From Nemertoderma westbladi (Eukaryota > Animalia > Xenacoelomorpha): a DNA stretch of 64,000 bases. A model generated the notes under the pieces. The model did no database searches, was not told the origin of the DNA, and worked only from the letters and a program-made list of their open reading frames with translations. This document shows, piece after piece, positions 11,024-21,267 of the stretch. The translations under genes and the position numbers were made by a program. The DNA lies in contig JAUCBJ010001860.1 in the NCBI GenBank assembly GCA_032718475.1, positions 28,936-92,935 on the forward strand, given 5' to 3'. Positions within the stretch are counted from its first letter, which is position 1, and each line of letters begins with the position of its first letter.

Positions 11024-11201
11024 CATATACGGGATTTCTTTTATCCACGATAATATTAGCCGTATTATAAGCCTCCTCAGAAGGTTCCTCATAGTCAGGG
11101 TGACTCGTCCACGTACAAGGTATTAGAATATTTACTTCTTTGAAGTAAAGCCGACGTTTAGTTGATTCTAGCATTTGTGCTGAAGCACGACGAAATACTT
11201 C
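11024..11201 (-). CDS. CLCA: CLCA-like exon A: EVFRRASAQMLESTKRRLYFKEVNILIPCTWTSHPDYEEPSEEAYNTANIIVDKRNPVY(G)
   Basis: cag| acceptor and |gtatgt donor, 178 nt, phase 0-1. Matches the CLCA N-terminal AS..L...T..R.YF..V.ILIP.TW motif. Confidence 0.93.
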
Positions 11202-11399
11202 CTGAAAGACAAAATATGTCAACTAACGGTATTAAGTAAGGTTAATTGCATGGATTCAAAATATTCAATATTTATGTAGTTTTCGGTTGTTTACTAATCT
11301 TATTAGGCCTAACTGTTTTTCATGTTGACAATATAATTTTACGATTTTTGACTTTTATCATATATTTGATTGATATACTTTATTGTATTAATATACAGC

Positions 11400-11608
11400 C
11401 GCCTCCGCCTTGCAGGACCTTGCTTTCGGCGTGAGGACCAGCAGTGCATAATCTTGTGCTTTGGCAGCCTCATGGAGTGAATAAGCATGGTGGACAGCCC
11501 ATGACTTTCTTGAGACGCATCTTAAACGGCACTGGCGTTGAAGATGCGGATGATCTAGCAAATGTCTCAAAAATGCAGCTGCAATGCAGCATGCCGATCC
11601 TAGTAGTA
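11400..11608 (+). mobile_element. Short RTE 3' fragment with internal deletion and TAG tail
   Basis: Matches 7245-7508 with a deletion and ends in cctagtagt. Confidence 0.85.
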
Positions 11609-12545
11609 CTGTAGTAGGAGTAGTATTAATTTCGCCAACCCAAGTTTGTATTAAAAAATAACTTAGTTAATGGCTCAATACTAAACTAATAGAACCTGAT
11701 TTATTTATTTAATTGAATTAATTATTTCCTTTCACAAATCGACCGCACATAAAGGATATACCGGAAATATAGCCGCGGTCGTGGTATTAGAGGCCGTGGT
11801 CGTGGTATTAGGGGCCGTGGTCTGGTAAACGACTACAGTCCCAATGAACTACGGCCTCGGGGGAAGCGGTGAGATCGGGGTTTCACCCTCAGTAACTCAA
11901 TGCAGGATCGGGGCGGCCAAAGGTTTAATACGTACCGGGTGGAAGGGGAAGACCCGGTGCTCGCATTCCTACCTAAATAAAACTCTCCTGGGCCCCAAGA
12001 AGGGAAGGGCGATCGAACTCACGCCAAGGTGAGACTTAGAGGGTGGTCCCCTCTAGAGAGGGCCCAGACCGAATGGGAGCAGCCTGGGGTTGAGTTGGTG
12101 GCCCAGGATGAGGTGGCCGGTGTAAATGAATCCGCATTTAGAAACGTCATTACAACCTAGGTTGAAGTGAATCTCTTCAAGCGTTCAAGGATATACATAC
12201 ATCGTAGGTAAATAGTGACGTGTACTCTTAATAAGGTGTGATGGTTCTGATTGTGGTAAGGTGGAATAGTATAAGGGACAAACTTCGTTTGGATAGTTGT
12301 ATCTGTACGTCGCAAGAAGGATTTTATCTTATTGGGACAAATCCGCCTACAGACTGTAAATCTTATCGGTGATGGCAAATGATTTTTTCGCGCAATTGTA
12401 TGGTGTATGTGGTTGGGAAAGACTTTTTTCTACTTTTCGCAAGAAACTAATATTAAGTTATCAATATGAATAGTATTTGTAGGCAACAGAGACCGAAGTT
12501 ATGGCTGGACTCCTAAACACCGATATCTATGTCTAGGTGTACAAT

Positions 12546-13432
12546 GGCCCACTATATATATACGGCCTAACAAGTTGTCGATTTGGCCTTAAAAAAAAGA
12601 GGCCAGTTTTTTTTTTTACACTATTGTGATATGGGGAGAGTTCTATAAATTTTCATTTGCTGCAATTTGGTCAACGGGCGTAATAAGCAAGATACTAAAT
12701 TGTATGGTAGCTAGTGTTTTAGATAGGTTTAGCTAGTAATTTCAACACTGATTCCGACAACCTACTTCCCTCTATAAATTATATGTAGTAGGTAGTTTTT
12801 ATTACTATATGTGTAGAAAATGTTCCAGAACATGTTATCTATTCATTTTATGAAAAAATCGCGTTCTAGAACGAATATTTTTGGTTCTAGAACATTTTTT
12901 AGAAAAAAATCTAGATTATATTTAAAACGCGTGGAATTGCTTTAAAACGTGTTTAAAATCAATAAAAAAAATTTTCCAAGTTTTTTCAAAAATTAGTATT
13001 CACAATAATTTTTTTTAACAAATTTTTTTTATTGATTTTAAACACGTTTTAAAACATGCGTTTTGAATAGAATCCAGATTTTTTTCTAAAAACAAATTTT
13101 AACTTTTTAAAAAATGAATAGCTAACATGTTCGGGAACATTTTCTGTACAAATAGTAATAAGAACTATGTAGGGGTACTACAAAATATTTATAGAGGGAA
13201 GTAGGATGTCGGAACCAGTGTTGAAATTACTAGCTAAACCTACCTAAAACATTAGCTACCATAAAATTTAGTATCTTGGTTTAGTATTTAGTGTCTTCAA
13301 TTACGTCCATTGACCAAATTGCAGCAAATGGAAATTTATAGAACTCTCCCCATATCAAAATAGTGTAAAAAAAAACTGGCCTCTTTTTTAAGGCCAAATC
13401 GACAATTTGTTAGGCCCTATATATAGTAGGCC
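12546..13432. mobile_element. Foldback/MITE-like element with long (~400 bp) inverted arms
   Basis: ggcctaacaagttgtcgatttggcctt...ggccag on the left is the reverse complement of ctggcc...aaggccaaatcgacaatttgttaggcc on the right. Pairing continues to the centre at ~12990, and the ends are TA-rich. Confidence 0.85.
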
Positions 13433-13991
13433 ATGGGTCTACTCTACCGACAAACATTAGTTGAATTCGGTTTCCAAGCAGTTTCACTGGGGAAATCACT
13501 TCAATTTGATGTCGCCATTACCATAGAAAACAAAAGTAATGTCCACTATAAAGTTGTGACTACTATCGGGATTATTTGAACTCTACATTCTGTAAATCTA
13601 ACTGTTCGATTTTTTATTCACATACATAACTCTATCTACAGTTATTAAGTTGAAAGAAATGTAGCCTATCTGTGATAACTACTTACATATAGTACTTGTG
13701 TGTATAGTAGCACTTTACAGTGTGATGATCCGAGCCGAGTGGCTTTGTTACACGAACGAACGTTAGTGAGTGAGTGAGTGAAAATAAAGTGATATAGGTA
13801 TACCGCTGTTGCCCACCAACTTATAAAATAGTCTTTAAAAAATAGTGATTGATTCACTCTACTAAAATAAGGGCAACTCTGCACGCCCACAACTTGTCAT
13901 TGAACATTAAAAAAAAAAATATAACACCCTAATCTTGATATAATATCATATTTATTATATGGAATGGAATAATATTAAACTAATTAATTGA

Positions 13992-16900
13992 ATGCCTCCC
14001 AAGATTAGATCATGCTGCAATTGTAGCGCTGGAGGCGAGTCGGGACAACGCTGTGTGCGGTGCTCCTGTGCCAAGGCGAGGACCGGCTGTACCGGGTGTG
14101 TTCCCGGTCGCGACCGGCGTTGTGGCAACCCGTTCGGTCGCCCAGACTCCAGCAATCATGCTAAAACGCAACCCCGAGGACTTTCCTTCTCACAACCAAT
14201 ACGGCCTACCAGCAGAAACAGGAGCCCCGTTGCAGCCGCCAACGTCTCACTGCCTTCCAGCTCCAGGATGACATACGACAGAGACCATCCCTCCAGCCTA
14301 GACGATACCCTTATCCCTGAACTCGACTTCGACCACACAGCCAGCTCGGGCTCGAGCCAACTGGATGATACCCTCGTTCCTTCTGAACCTCCTACCGCCC
14401 TACTGGTAGAGCCAACAGATTTCCTTAGAAGTTCTGAGTTTATCTCCCCCCCTCTCAGTGTCTCTACCGATGGGTCAGACCCATTCTCACCCACCGAACG
14501 CATAGAGACAGCGTATGGGGGAGTATGGCTAAACAGTCACGGCGAGTCCACGGATCCAACTTGGGCGGACCGTTACGAGCGTCTCGCAGCTCTCCCTTCC
14601 AGACGTTACACCGTCCCTGGTGGTAACGTTGGGAGGAAGGCAGCCAGCATCCTCGCGGACGAGGTCGATTTCCTCACCCGTGGCATCCACCCATCTGAAC
14701 GTTTTCTTTGTTACACCGCAGTTATCTTTCAACGGGACCCTGAAGTTTTTAAAGGGTTCGACATACGGAGAACGGTGTTGCGTCGCCTGGGGATGTGGGA
14801 AAGGATGGAGTTCGAACAGCTAATTCTGGAAGCCCAAAGATGCAATACTAACTTTGTATCAGCATCGAGAAGGACGCGAGGCGGCGCCAAACGATCTACC
14901 GACGACGCGGCTCGAGTCTTCAACAGGAAGATTCTGGCCCGCCAGAATCGTGCTGCGCTCCGCGGCGTCACCAACCGGAGCCAGGGTGGCGTCCTCGATC
15001 CAAACTCGCAGGCGGAAGGCCAACCAGCCGGTGTTACAGTGCGCCAGGTTCTGGAGCTGAAGCATCCCGATCCCATCACCCCTCCCCGAGAAGTGTTCGA
15101 TGTCCCTGATGACGGCATTCCCCCATTCGAAGACCTGGACATAACAGCCCAGGTCGTCTTGAAGATGGCGCAGTATCTACGGGGTAGCGCCGGACCGGTG
15201 GGGGGTGATGCCGAGTTCTGGTACTCTCTGCTAACCCGCTATGACAACCACAGCGCGCGCCTACGCGAGGCTTTTGCCACCCTCGCTCGTCGACTAGCCA
15301 ACTCGATTGTTCCTTGGGGGGAGATCCGTGGTCTCCGCGCATGTCGTATGGTGGCCCTGGACAAGCAGCCTGGGGTGCGGCCGATTGGTGTTGGGGAGGT
15401 CCCCTACAGACTGCTTGTGAACTGTATGTTGTCAGTCACTAAGTCCGACATAACACAGGTATGTGCCGCAGACCAACTGTGTGCCGGCGTAAAAGCGGGC
15501 ATCGAGGGAGCAGTCCATGCCATGACCGACATCTTTGATGACGTTAACACTGAATGCATGCTTCTTGTTGACGCACAGAACGCTTTCAATTCCATAAGCC
15601 GATCTGCCTCCCTCTGGTACTGCCGGATCAACTGGCATAGGAGCTCTCGTTTCCTCTTTAACTCTTACAATGGACACGCGGCCCTTTACCTCCCGGGAGG
15701 CGGCCCACCCCTATACAGCAAGGAAGGCTACACACAAGGGGATCCCGCCGCGACCTTTGGATATGGGTGTACCACGATACCTATGATCCGAGGACTGCGA
15801 GTAGTCCCTGGTGACCCAGAGTTGGCATCTCCGGTCCCCATTGCCCCCACTTTTGTCCCGGGTGCATTTGATGTCCCCGTGGTTCCCGAAGTCCCCACGG
15901 TTGTCCCGGGTACAGCTGACGTCCCCATGGTTCCTCTGGTCCCACTATTTGTCCCCATGGTTCCTCCAGTCCCGCAGGTTGTCCCCACAGTCCTCATGGG
16001 TGCAGTTGATGTCCCCACGGTTCCCCCGGTCCTGCAGGTTCTCTCCACGGTTGCCCCGGGTGTGGTTGATGTCCACACGGTTCTTCAGGTCCCACCAGAG
16101 GCACCCACGGCTCCTCAGGTCCTGCCGGATGTCCCCACGGCTCCTCCGGTCCCGCAGGCTGTCCCCACGGTTGTCCCGGGTAGAGTTGTCGCCCCCACAG
16201 TTCTTCAGGTCCCACAAGCTGTCCTCAGTGTTCCTCCGGTCCCGCAGGTTGTCCACAAGGTTGTCCCGGGTGCAGTCGACGTTTCCGCGGTTCCTCAAGC
16301 CCCACTTTTTGTCCCCACGGTTCCTCCGGTCCCGCAGGTTGTCCCCACGGTAGTCATGGGTGCATTTGATGTCTCCACGGTTCCTCAGGTCCGGCAGGTT
16401 GTCCCCACGGTTCCCCCGGTCCTGCAGGTTCTCTCCACGGTTGCCCCGGGTGCAGTTGATGTCCTCACGGTTCTTCAGGTCCCGCCGAATGTCCCCACAG
16501 TTGTCCCGGGTGCTGATTTTGACCCCAAGGTTTCACAGGTCCCGCAGGTTGTCCCCACGGTTCCTCCGGTCCCGCAGTTTGTCCCCACAGTTGCAATGGG
16601 TGCAGTTGATGTCCCCATGGTTTCTCCGGTCCGGCAGGTTGTCTCCACGGTTCCCCCGATCCCGCAGGTTCTTTCCACGGTTGTCCCGGGTGCGGTTGAT
16701 GTCCCCACGGTTCTCGAGCTCTCGCCTGATGTCCCCATGTCTGTCCCGGGTGTGGAATTTGACCCCACGGTTTCACAGGTCCCGCAGTTTGTCCCCACAG
16801 TTCCCCCGGACGTGGTGACAGAACCCAAGATTCCTCCGGATGTGGTGACAGAACCCACGGTTCCTCCAGAAGTGGCAAACGAACCCATGGTTCCTCCAGA

Positions 16901-18455
16901 TCGATGCCAATGTTGGTATGCAGATGATGCCTCAGCTATTGGCAAGATGGACGCAGTTCACCGGTGGTGGAAAGAGCTGCAACGAGTCGGTCCTTCCATT
17001 GGATACTTCCCGGAACCAAGGAAGAGCCAACTAGTAGTGAAACCTGGCTATGAAGAACAAGCCCGCCATCTATTTGGAGAGTCAGGAGTCAAGGTGGTCA
17101 CCGGACACCGCTTTCTGGGAGGATACGTTGGCGACCAGGTGGGAAGACGAAAATTCATCGCCGAGAAGGTCGCCGGCTGGACACGCAGCATCGAGGCGTT
17201 GGCAGAAGTAGCTGAACAGTTCCCTCAAACTGCTCACGCCGCGATGAGCCGATGCCTCCAGTCTGAGTGGGACTACGTCATGCGAGTCTGCAACCCGGAC
17301 GAGAATGACTTAGCACCCATCCTTTCCGCGCTGATCAACCGCTACATTCCGGCGTTGTTTGGATCCACCCCCGGACCAACCATCGATCCAATACTGCTGC
17401 TCCCGGTCCGACATGGTGGGTTAGGAATCCGAGACCCCATCATGCGCACTGGGCCCGCCCACATCGCCTCTACTGCCGGGACCGCGAAAGTCGTTGAGGC
17501 AATCAAAACTGGCGTTCGACTGCATGTTGCTGACCACGCGTCCTGCCTAGCTGAGGCTTTGAAGGAAAGCCGCAACGAATCAAACGAGAACTTCAAAGAA
17601 ACGTTCGAGGAGACCATCGCGGGACTCCCACGTGAACGCCATCGCCCCATAAGCCGGGCCGCCCAGTTCAAGACCGGTGGGTGGCTGTCAGCTCAGCCTT
17701 CCCCATTGGACCAGACGGACCTCGACCCCCAGTCCTTTCGCGACAACCTCGCGCTACGGTATGGGTTGAGCCCCCCTGACCTTCCACTGACCTGCGAGGG
17801 CTGCGGCGCACCATTCGACACGTCACACGCCCTCAGTTGCAAGGTTGGAGGGTTGATCACCCGCCGTCACAACGAGATCCGTGACGTGTTTGGGGACCTC
17901 CTCGCAGAGGCGTACGGGAACTCGAACGTAGAGCGGGAGGTGGTGCTGCGGAATGGGCACCTGGACTCGGAGGGGACGACGGTTGGGGGGGTTCGGGCTG
18001 ACCTGGTCACCAGGGGGGTTTGGACGAATCAGGTGGTGGCGTCTTTCGATATCGCTGTAATTAATGTCGACGCCACCTCCTACGTTCGTTCAAACCGCTC
18101 TGTGGAGACCCTTCTCTCACAGAAAGAACGCGAGAAGAAGGCCCACTACCAGGAGCCCTGTGAGTCGAGGCGGATGAACTTCACCCCCCTCGTGTGCTCC
18201 ACCGACGGAGTCTGGGGCGCCGAGGGCGAGAAATTCATCCGCCACCTCGCGGACGCACTGGTGGTGAGGAGGGTGGGGATGAGGCAGCGGGGGTTGGGAG
18301 CAGTCCTGGGGGCTGTGAGAAGGCGACTGCAGTTCGCCTTATTAAGGGCAAACTCTCTGTGCCTCCGCGGTGGAAGGAGGCCCTGGAGGGGTCTGGGGTT
18401 CGGGGATGGGGCGGGAGTCAGGGATTTGGACAGGGAGATGTACCCCTCACCCTAA
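13992..18455 (+). CDS. CRE-clade (RLE-type) non-LTR retrotransposon single ORF: Cys-rich N-terminus, RT with large in-frame repeat insertion, CCHC knuckle, restriction-like endonuclease
   Basis: Motifs LDKQPGVRPIGVGE, QLCAGVKAGIE, VDAQNAFN, TQGDP, WYADD, GHRFLG, LPVRHGGLG, CEGCG...HALSCKVGG...RHNEIRD, RADL...FD...EREKKAHY. The ORF is uninterrupted over 1487 aa. Confidence 0.93.
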   Translation: MPPKIRSCCNCSAGGESGQRCVRCSCAKARTGCTGCVPGRDRRCGNPFGRPDSSNHAKTQPRGLSFSQPIRPTSRNRSPVAAANVSLPSSSRMTYDRDHPSSLDDTLIPELDFDHTASSGSSQLDDTLVPSEPPTALLVEPTDFLRSSEFISPPLSVSTDGSDPFSPTERIETAYGGVWLNSHGESTDPTWADRYERLAALPSRRYTVPGGNVGRKAASILADEVDFLTRGIHPSERFLCYTAVIFQRDPEVFKGFDIRRTVLRRLGMWERMEFEQLILEAQRCNTNFVSASRRTRGGAKRSTDDAARVFNRKILARQNRAALRGVTNRSQGGVLDPNSQAEGQPAGVTVRQVLELKHPDPITPPREVFDVPDDGIPPFEDLDITAQVVLKMAQYLRGSAGPVGGDAEFWYSLLTRYDNHSARLREAFATLARRLANSIVPWGEIRGLRACRMVALDKQPGVRPIGVGEVPYRLLVNCMLSVTKSDITQVCAADQLCAGVKAGIEGAVHAMTDIFDDVNTECMLLVDAQNAFNSISRSASLWYCRINWHRSSRFLFNSYNGHAALYLPGGGPPLYSKEGYTQGDPAATFGYGCTTIPMIRGLRVVPGDPELASPVPIAPTFVPGAFDVPVVPEVPTVVPGTADVPMVPLVPLFVPMVPPVPQVVPTVLMGAVDVPTVPPVLQVLSTVAPGVVDVHTVLQVPPEAPTAPQVLPDVPTAPPVPQAVPTVVPGRVVAPTVLQVPQAVLSVPPVPQVVHKVVPGAVDVSAVPQAPLFVPTVPPVPQVVPTVVMGAFDVSTVPQVRQVVPTVPPVLQVLSTVAPGAVDVLTVLQVPPNVPTVVPGADFDPKVSQVPQVVPTVPPVPQFVPTVAMGAVDVPMVSPVRQVVSTVPPIPQVLSTVVPGAVDVPTVLELSPDVPMSVPGVEFDPTVSQVPQFVPTVPPDVVTEPKIPPDVVTEPTVPPEVANEPMVPPDRCQCWYADDASAIGKMDAVHRWWKELQRVGPSIGYFPEPRKSQLVVKPGYEEQARHLFGESGVKVVTGHRFLGGYVGDQVGRRKFIAEKVAGWTRSIEALAEVAEQFPQTAHAAMSRCLQSEWDYVMRVCNPDENDLAPILSALINRYIPALFGSTPGPTIDPILLLPVRHGGLGIRDPIMRTGPAHIASTAGTAKVVEAIKTGVRLHVADHASCLAEALKESRNESNENFKETFEETIAGLPRERHRPISRAAQFKTGGWLSAQPSPLDQTDLDPQSFRDNLALRYGLSPPDLPLTCEGCGAPFDTSHALSCKVGGLITRRHNEIRDVFGDLLAEAYGNSNVEREVVLRNGHLDSEGTTVGGVRADLVTRGVWTNQVVASFDIAVINVDATSYVRSNRSVETLLSQKEREKKAHYQEPCESRRMNFTPLVCSTDGVWGAEGEKFIRHLADALVVRRVGMRQRGLGAVLGAVRRRLQFALLRANSLCLRGGRRPWRGLGFGDGAGVRDLDREMYPSP
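15811..16899 (+). repeat. In-frame coding minisatellite (mostly 30-nt units encoding VPTVPPVPQV / VPTVVPGAVD) inside the CRE RT
   Basis: Units gtccccacggttcctccggtcccgcaggtt and gtccccacggttgtcccgggtgcagttgat; 1089 nt = 363 codons with no stop. Confidence 0.92.
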
Positions 18456-18857
18456 CTCCCCTTTAATTTATACATTCACTGTTACCATAATTCATTGTTA
18501 TCTTTACTTTATTTCACCTTAAACTATTAATGTTGTTTTGAGTTAATGTTTACATTTTTTACAAAGTAGTTATAAACTCTACACCCGAGCATATACAGTA
18601 AGCACATGGTTATTTAATTATTCCGATATATTAATACTTTAATTATTATCATATATATACTTTCCTATTCTTCTAATTATACATAAAGCTAAGTATTTAT
18701 TTGGATGTGTGTTTGTGTTGTCTACACAATTTATTTTATTTATATATTAATAAATAGTAATCATCACGTACCTAGCTACGAGGGAACTGGGAAGAAACTT
18801 CACTCATTAAACAGTTGATATTATTGAAATTAATTGAAGGGGGATTCAGGAAGGTGG

Positions 18858-18901
18858 GAATTCAAGTAGTCAGGAGCCGCCGCTCCTGACTACTTGAATT
18901 C
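18858..18901. repeat. Perfect 20-bp-stem hairpin
   Basis: gaattcaagtagtcaggagc-cgcc-gctcctgactacttgaattc. Confidence 0.9.
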
Positions 18902-19281
18902 TTGAATTCCCATGAGTTAATATTAAGAAATATTAGTATAGGAACAAACGGATCAAACCAAGAGTTTATTTCAGATCAAAGATTAAAGAATGAAATGCTA
19001 CTGCTGACGGGTTTTTAGCCCAGTAAATAATAACACAGCTCAATAATAACACAACCAACCCAAATATCCCCAGGCCAGTTACCTAAGTTAAGTAATGTGA
19101 TAAGGGATATGATAAGGGACTCTACCAGTGGGCTGTAAACATGACCTCATTAAGTAGTAAATTAGATAGCAAAAGAAAAGGAAGCCTAATAGACCACAAC
19201 AGGAAGGCGCCCGCAGTTGCCATACACCAGCTGTGTTTACAATGTTGAGTTATTGTAAAATCCCTTTATTTCATTCTCTGG

Positions 19282-21267
19282 TTATAACGAACCTGTCTTT
19301 AGACTGGGTAGTTCTTGTCAAGAGTTGAGCCGTTCAAAAACACGATGTGGTTATCTGGTTATGTGTGTATGTGTGTATAACCATCCAATATCTCAAAAAC
19401 TCAAGCAGGTACGCAACAATTTTTAACGCGACTATTTAACAATTAGTATCTAGTTGTTGAATAAAAAAGTTGGGAATGATTCGATGTGCGAAATTCGAAA
19501 TATTAGCATATTATCAACATTATGGAACGCGAAATTAAATACCCACAGCTACACTTTGTCAGCTGAACAACATTTCACTACTTATTGCTAATTTGAGTTA
19601 CGTACTACATTATTATTATATTATAACGAACCTGTCTTTAGACTGGGTAGTTTTTGTCTAAAGCTGAGGCCGGCAAAAACACGATGGATATATTTACCTA
19701 TATATTTACCTATATCACTATATATGTCACTATGTATGTTCACCAAATGGCTTGAAACCACTTGCATGCATTGTAAAATTGTAAACGCAAGTATTTATCA
19801 ATTGTTGTCTAGTTGTTGAATAAAAAAGTTGGGAACGATTCGAAGTGCGATATTCGAAATATTTGCATATTTTCAACATTATTGAACGCGAAATTAAATA
19901 CCCACAACTCCCTTGCTTGAAATGTTTTTCAGGTGATTGATATTTAGCAATTATTATGAGGTTACTTACTACTGAAATCTGACAGAATGCCAAACGTATT
20001 ATTATAGTTCTATCTCTATTCAGCCAGTTAGTGTAATGTCAAGCAGTACATCATTTATATATCGTATGTATCTATAGGGCCTAATTGTCATCGTTATAAT
20101 ACTGTCATCAACTTAGGCTAGGCTCAATTGTAATGCAAAGGCTTAGTAGGTTTTGTATATCTGGGACGTTTACAACAGCTGTCGATTAAACTAACAAAAC
20201 CATAAAACTGAACCAGGGTGGCTGCCAGCCGGGTACCAACGGCTGTTGGGTAGACTTAAGGGAACATTTCACAAACTTTCATAGGATGCTTGTACATGTA
20301 CATTATATTGGTTGCTCCGATGTTTTTATTAGGCTAACTGAGAATGTATCAGGTATAAATACTGTAATTATAGTGTTCTTTATTTTATTTATCTAATACA
20401 GAAAAGACCCCTCCGCAGAATAAACTGCTCTTTTGGGCCGTTTCTCAGGTTGTGGATATGGATACCATTTCAGACATCATCGTAGTAATTGTGATTATGA
20501 TTTGTTTGCCTAGGCGAATGTGTATTACATTAGATGGGAGGCAGTTTTTTGGTTGATGCAAGTCATTCTTGGTTTGCATCTTCCAATCCCATCTGTTTCT
20601 TGGAGTCTGTGTAAGACAGGTTCGTTTAAAGCCATCTTGATGGCGTTCTAGTTATAGTTCTATCTATTCAGTCAGTTAGTGTAATGTCAAGCAGTACATC
20701 ATTTATATCTATTGTAATCGTTATAATACTGTCATCAACTCAGGCTAAGCTCAATTATAATGTAAAGGCTTAGTAGGTTTTGTATATCTGGGACGTTTAC
20801 AACAACTGTCGATTAAACTAACAAACCAGAAAACTGTAGAGCTGCTGTTGGGTAGGTAGACTTAATGGTAGATTTGACAAACTTTCATAGGAGGCTTGTA
20901 CAGTAGGCCTACATGTACATTATATTGGTTGCTCCGATGTTTTTATTAGGCTAACTGAGAATGTATCAGGTATAAATAATTAGTGTTCTTTATTTTATTT
21001 ATCTAATACAGAAAGACCCCTCCGCAGAATAAACTGATCTTTTGGGCCGTTACCCTGGTTGCGGATAGGGATAACATTTCACACATCGCGATCGCAGTAA
21101 TTGTGATTATGATTTGTTTGCCTAGGCGAATGTATGTGTATTACATTAGATGGGAGGCAGTTTTTTGGTTGATGCATGTCATTCTTGGTTTGCATCTTCC
21201 AATCCCATCTGTTTCTTGGAGTCTGTGTAAGACAGGTTCGTTTAAAGCCATCTTGATGGCGTTCTAG
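19282..21267 (+). mobile_element. Composite Helentron/HINE-like element with duplicated 5' and 3' parts
   Basis: 5' sub-TIR aacgaacctgtctt at ~19286 and ~19625. 3' sub-TIR aagacaggttcgtt plus hairpin gccatcttgatggc plus CTAG, ending at 20651 and 21267. ~620-bp direct duplication (20003-20651 vs 20652-21267). Confidence 0.7.

Noticed and set aside
12157-12378. Candidate upstream CLCA exon (...YILERLK)
   Set aside because: No GT donor after the K codon and no similarity to the expected CLCA N-terminal segment.
15811-16899. Intein, or overlapping Arg/Ser-rich and GQP-rich genes, in the RT insert
   Set aside because: No intein terminal residues (N-terminal C/S, C-terminal HN). The alternative-frame ORFs are expected from a stop-poor 30-nt repeat.
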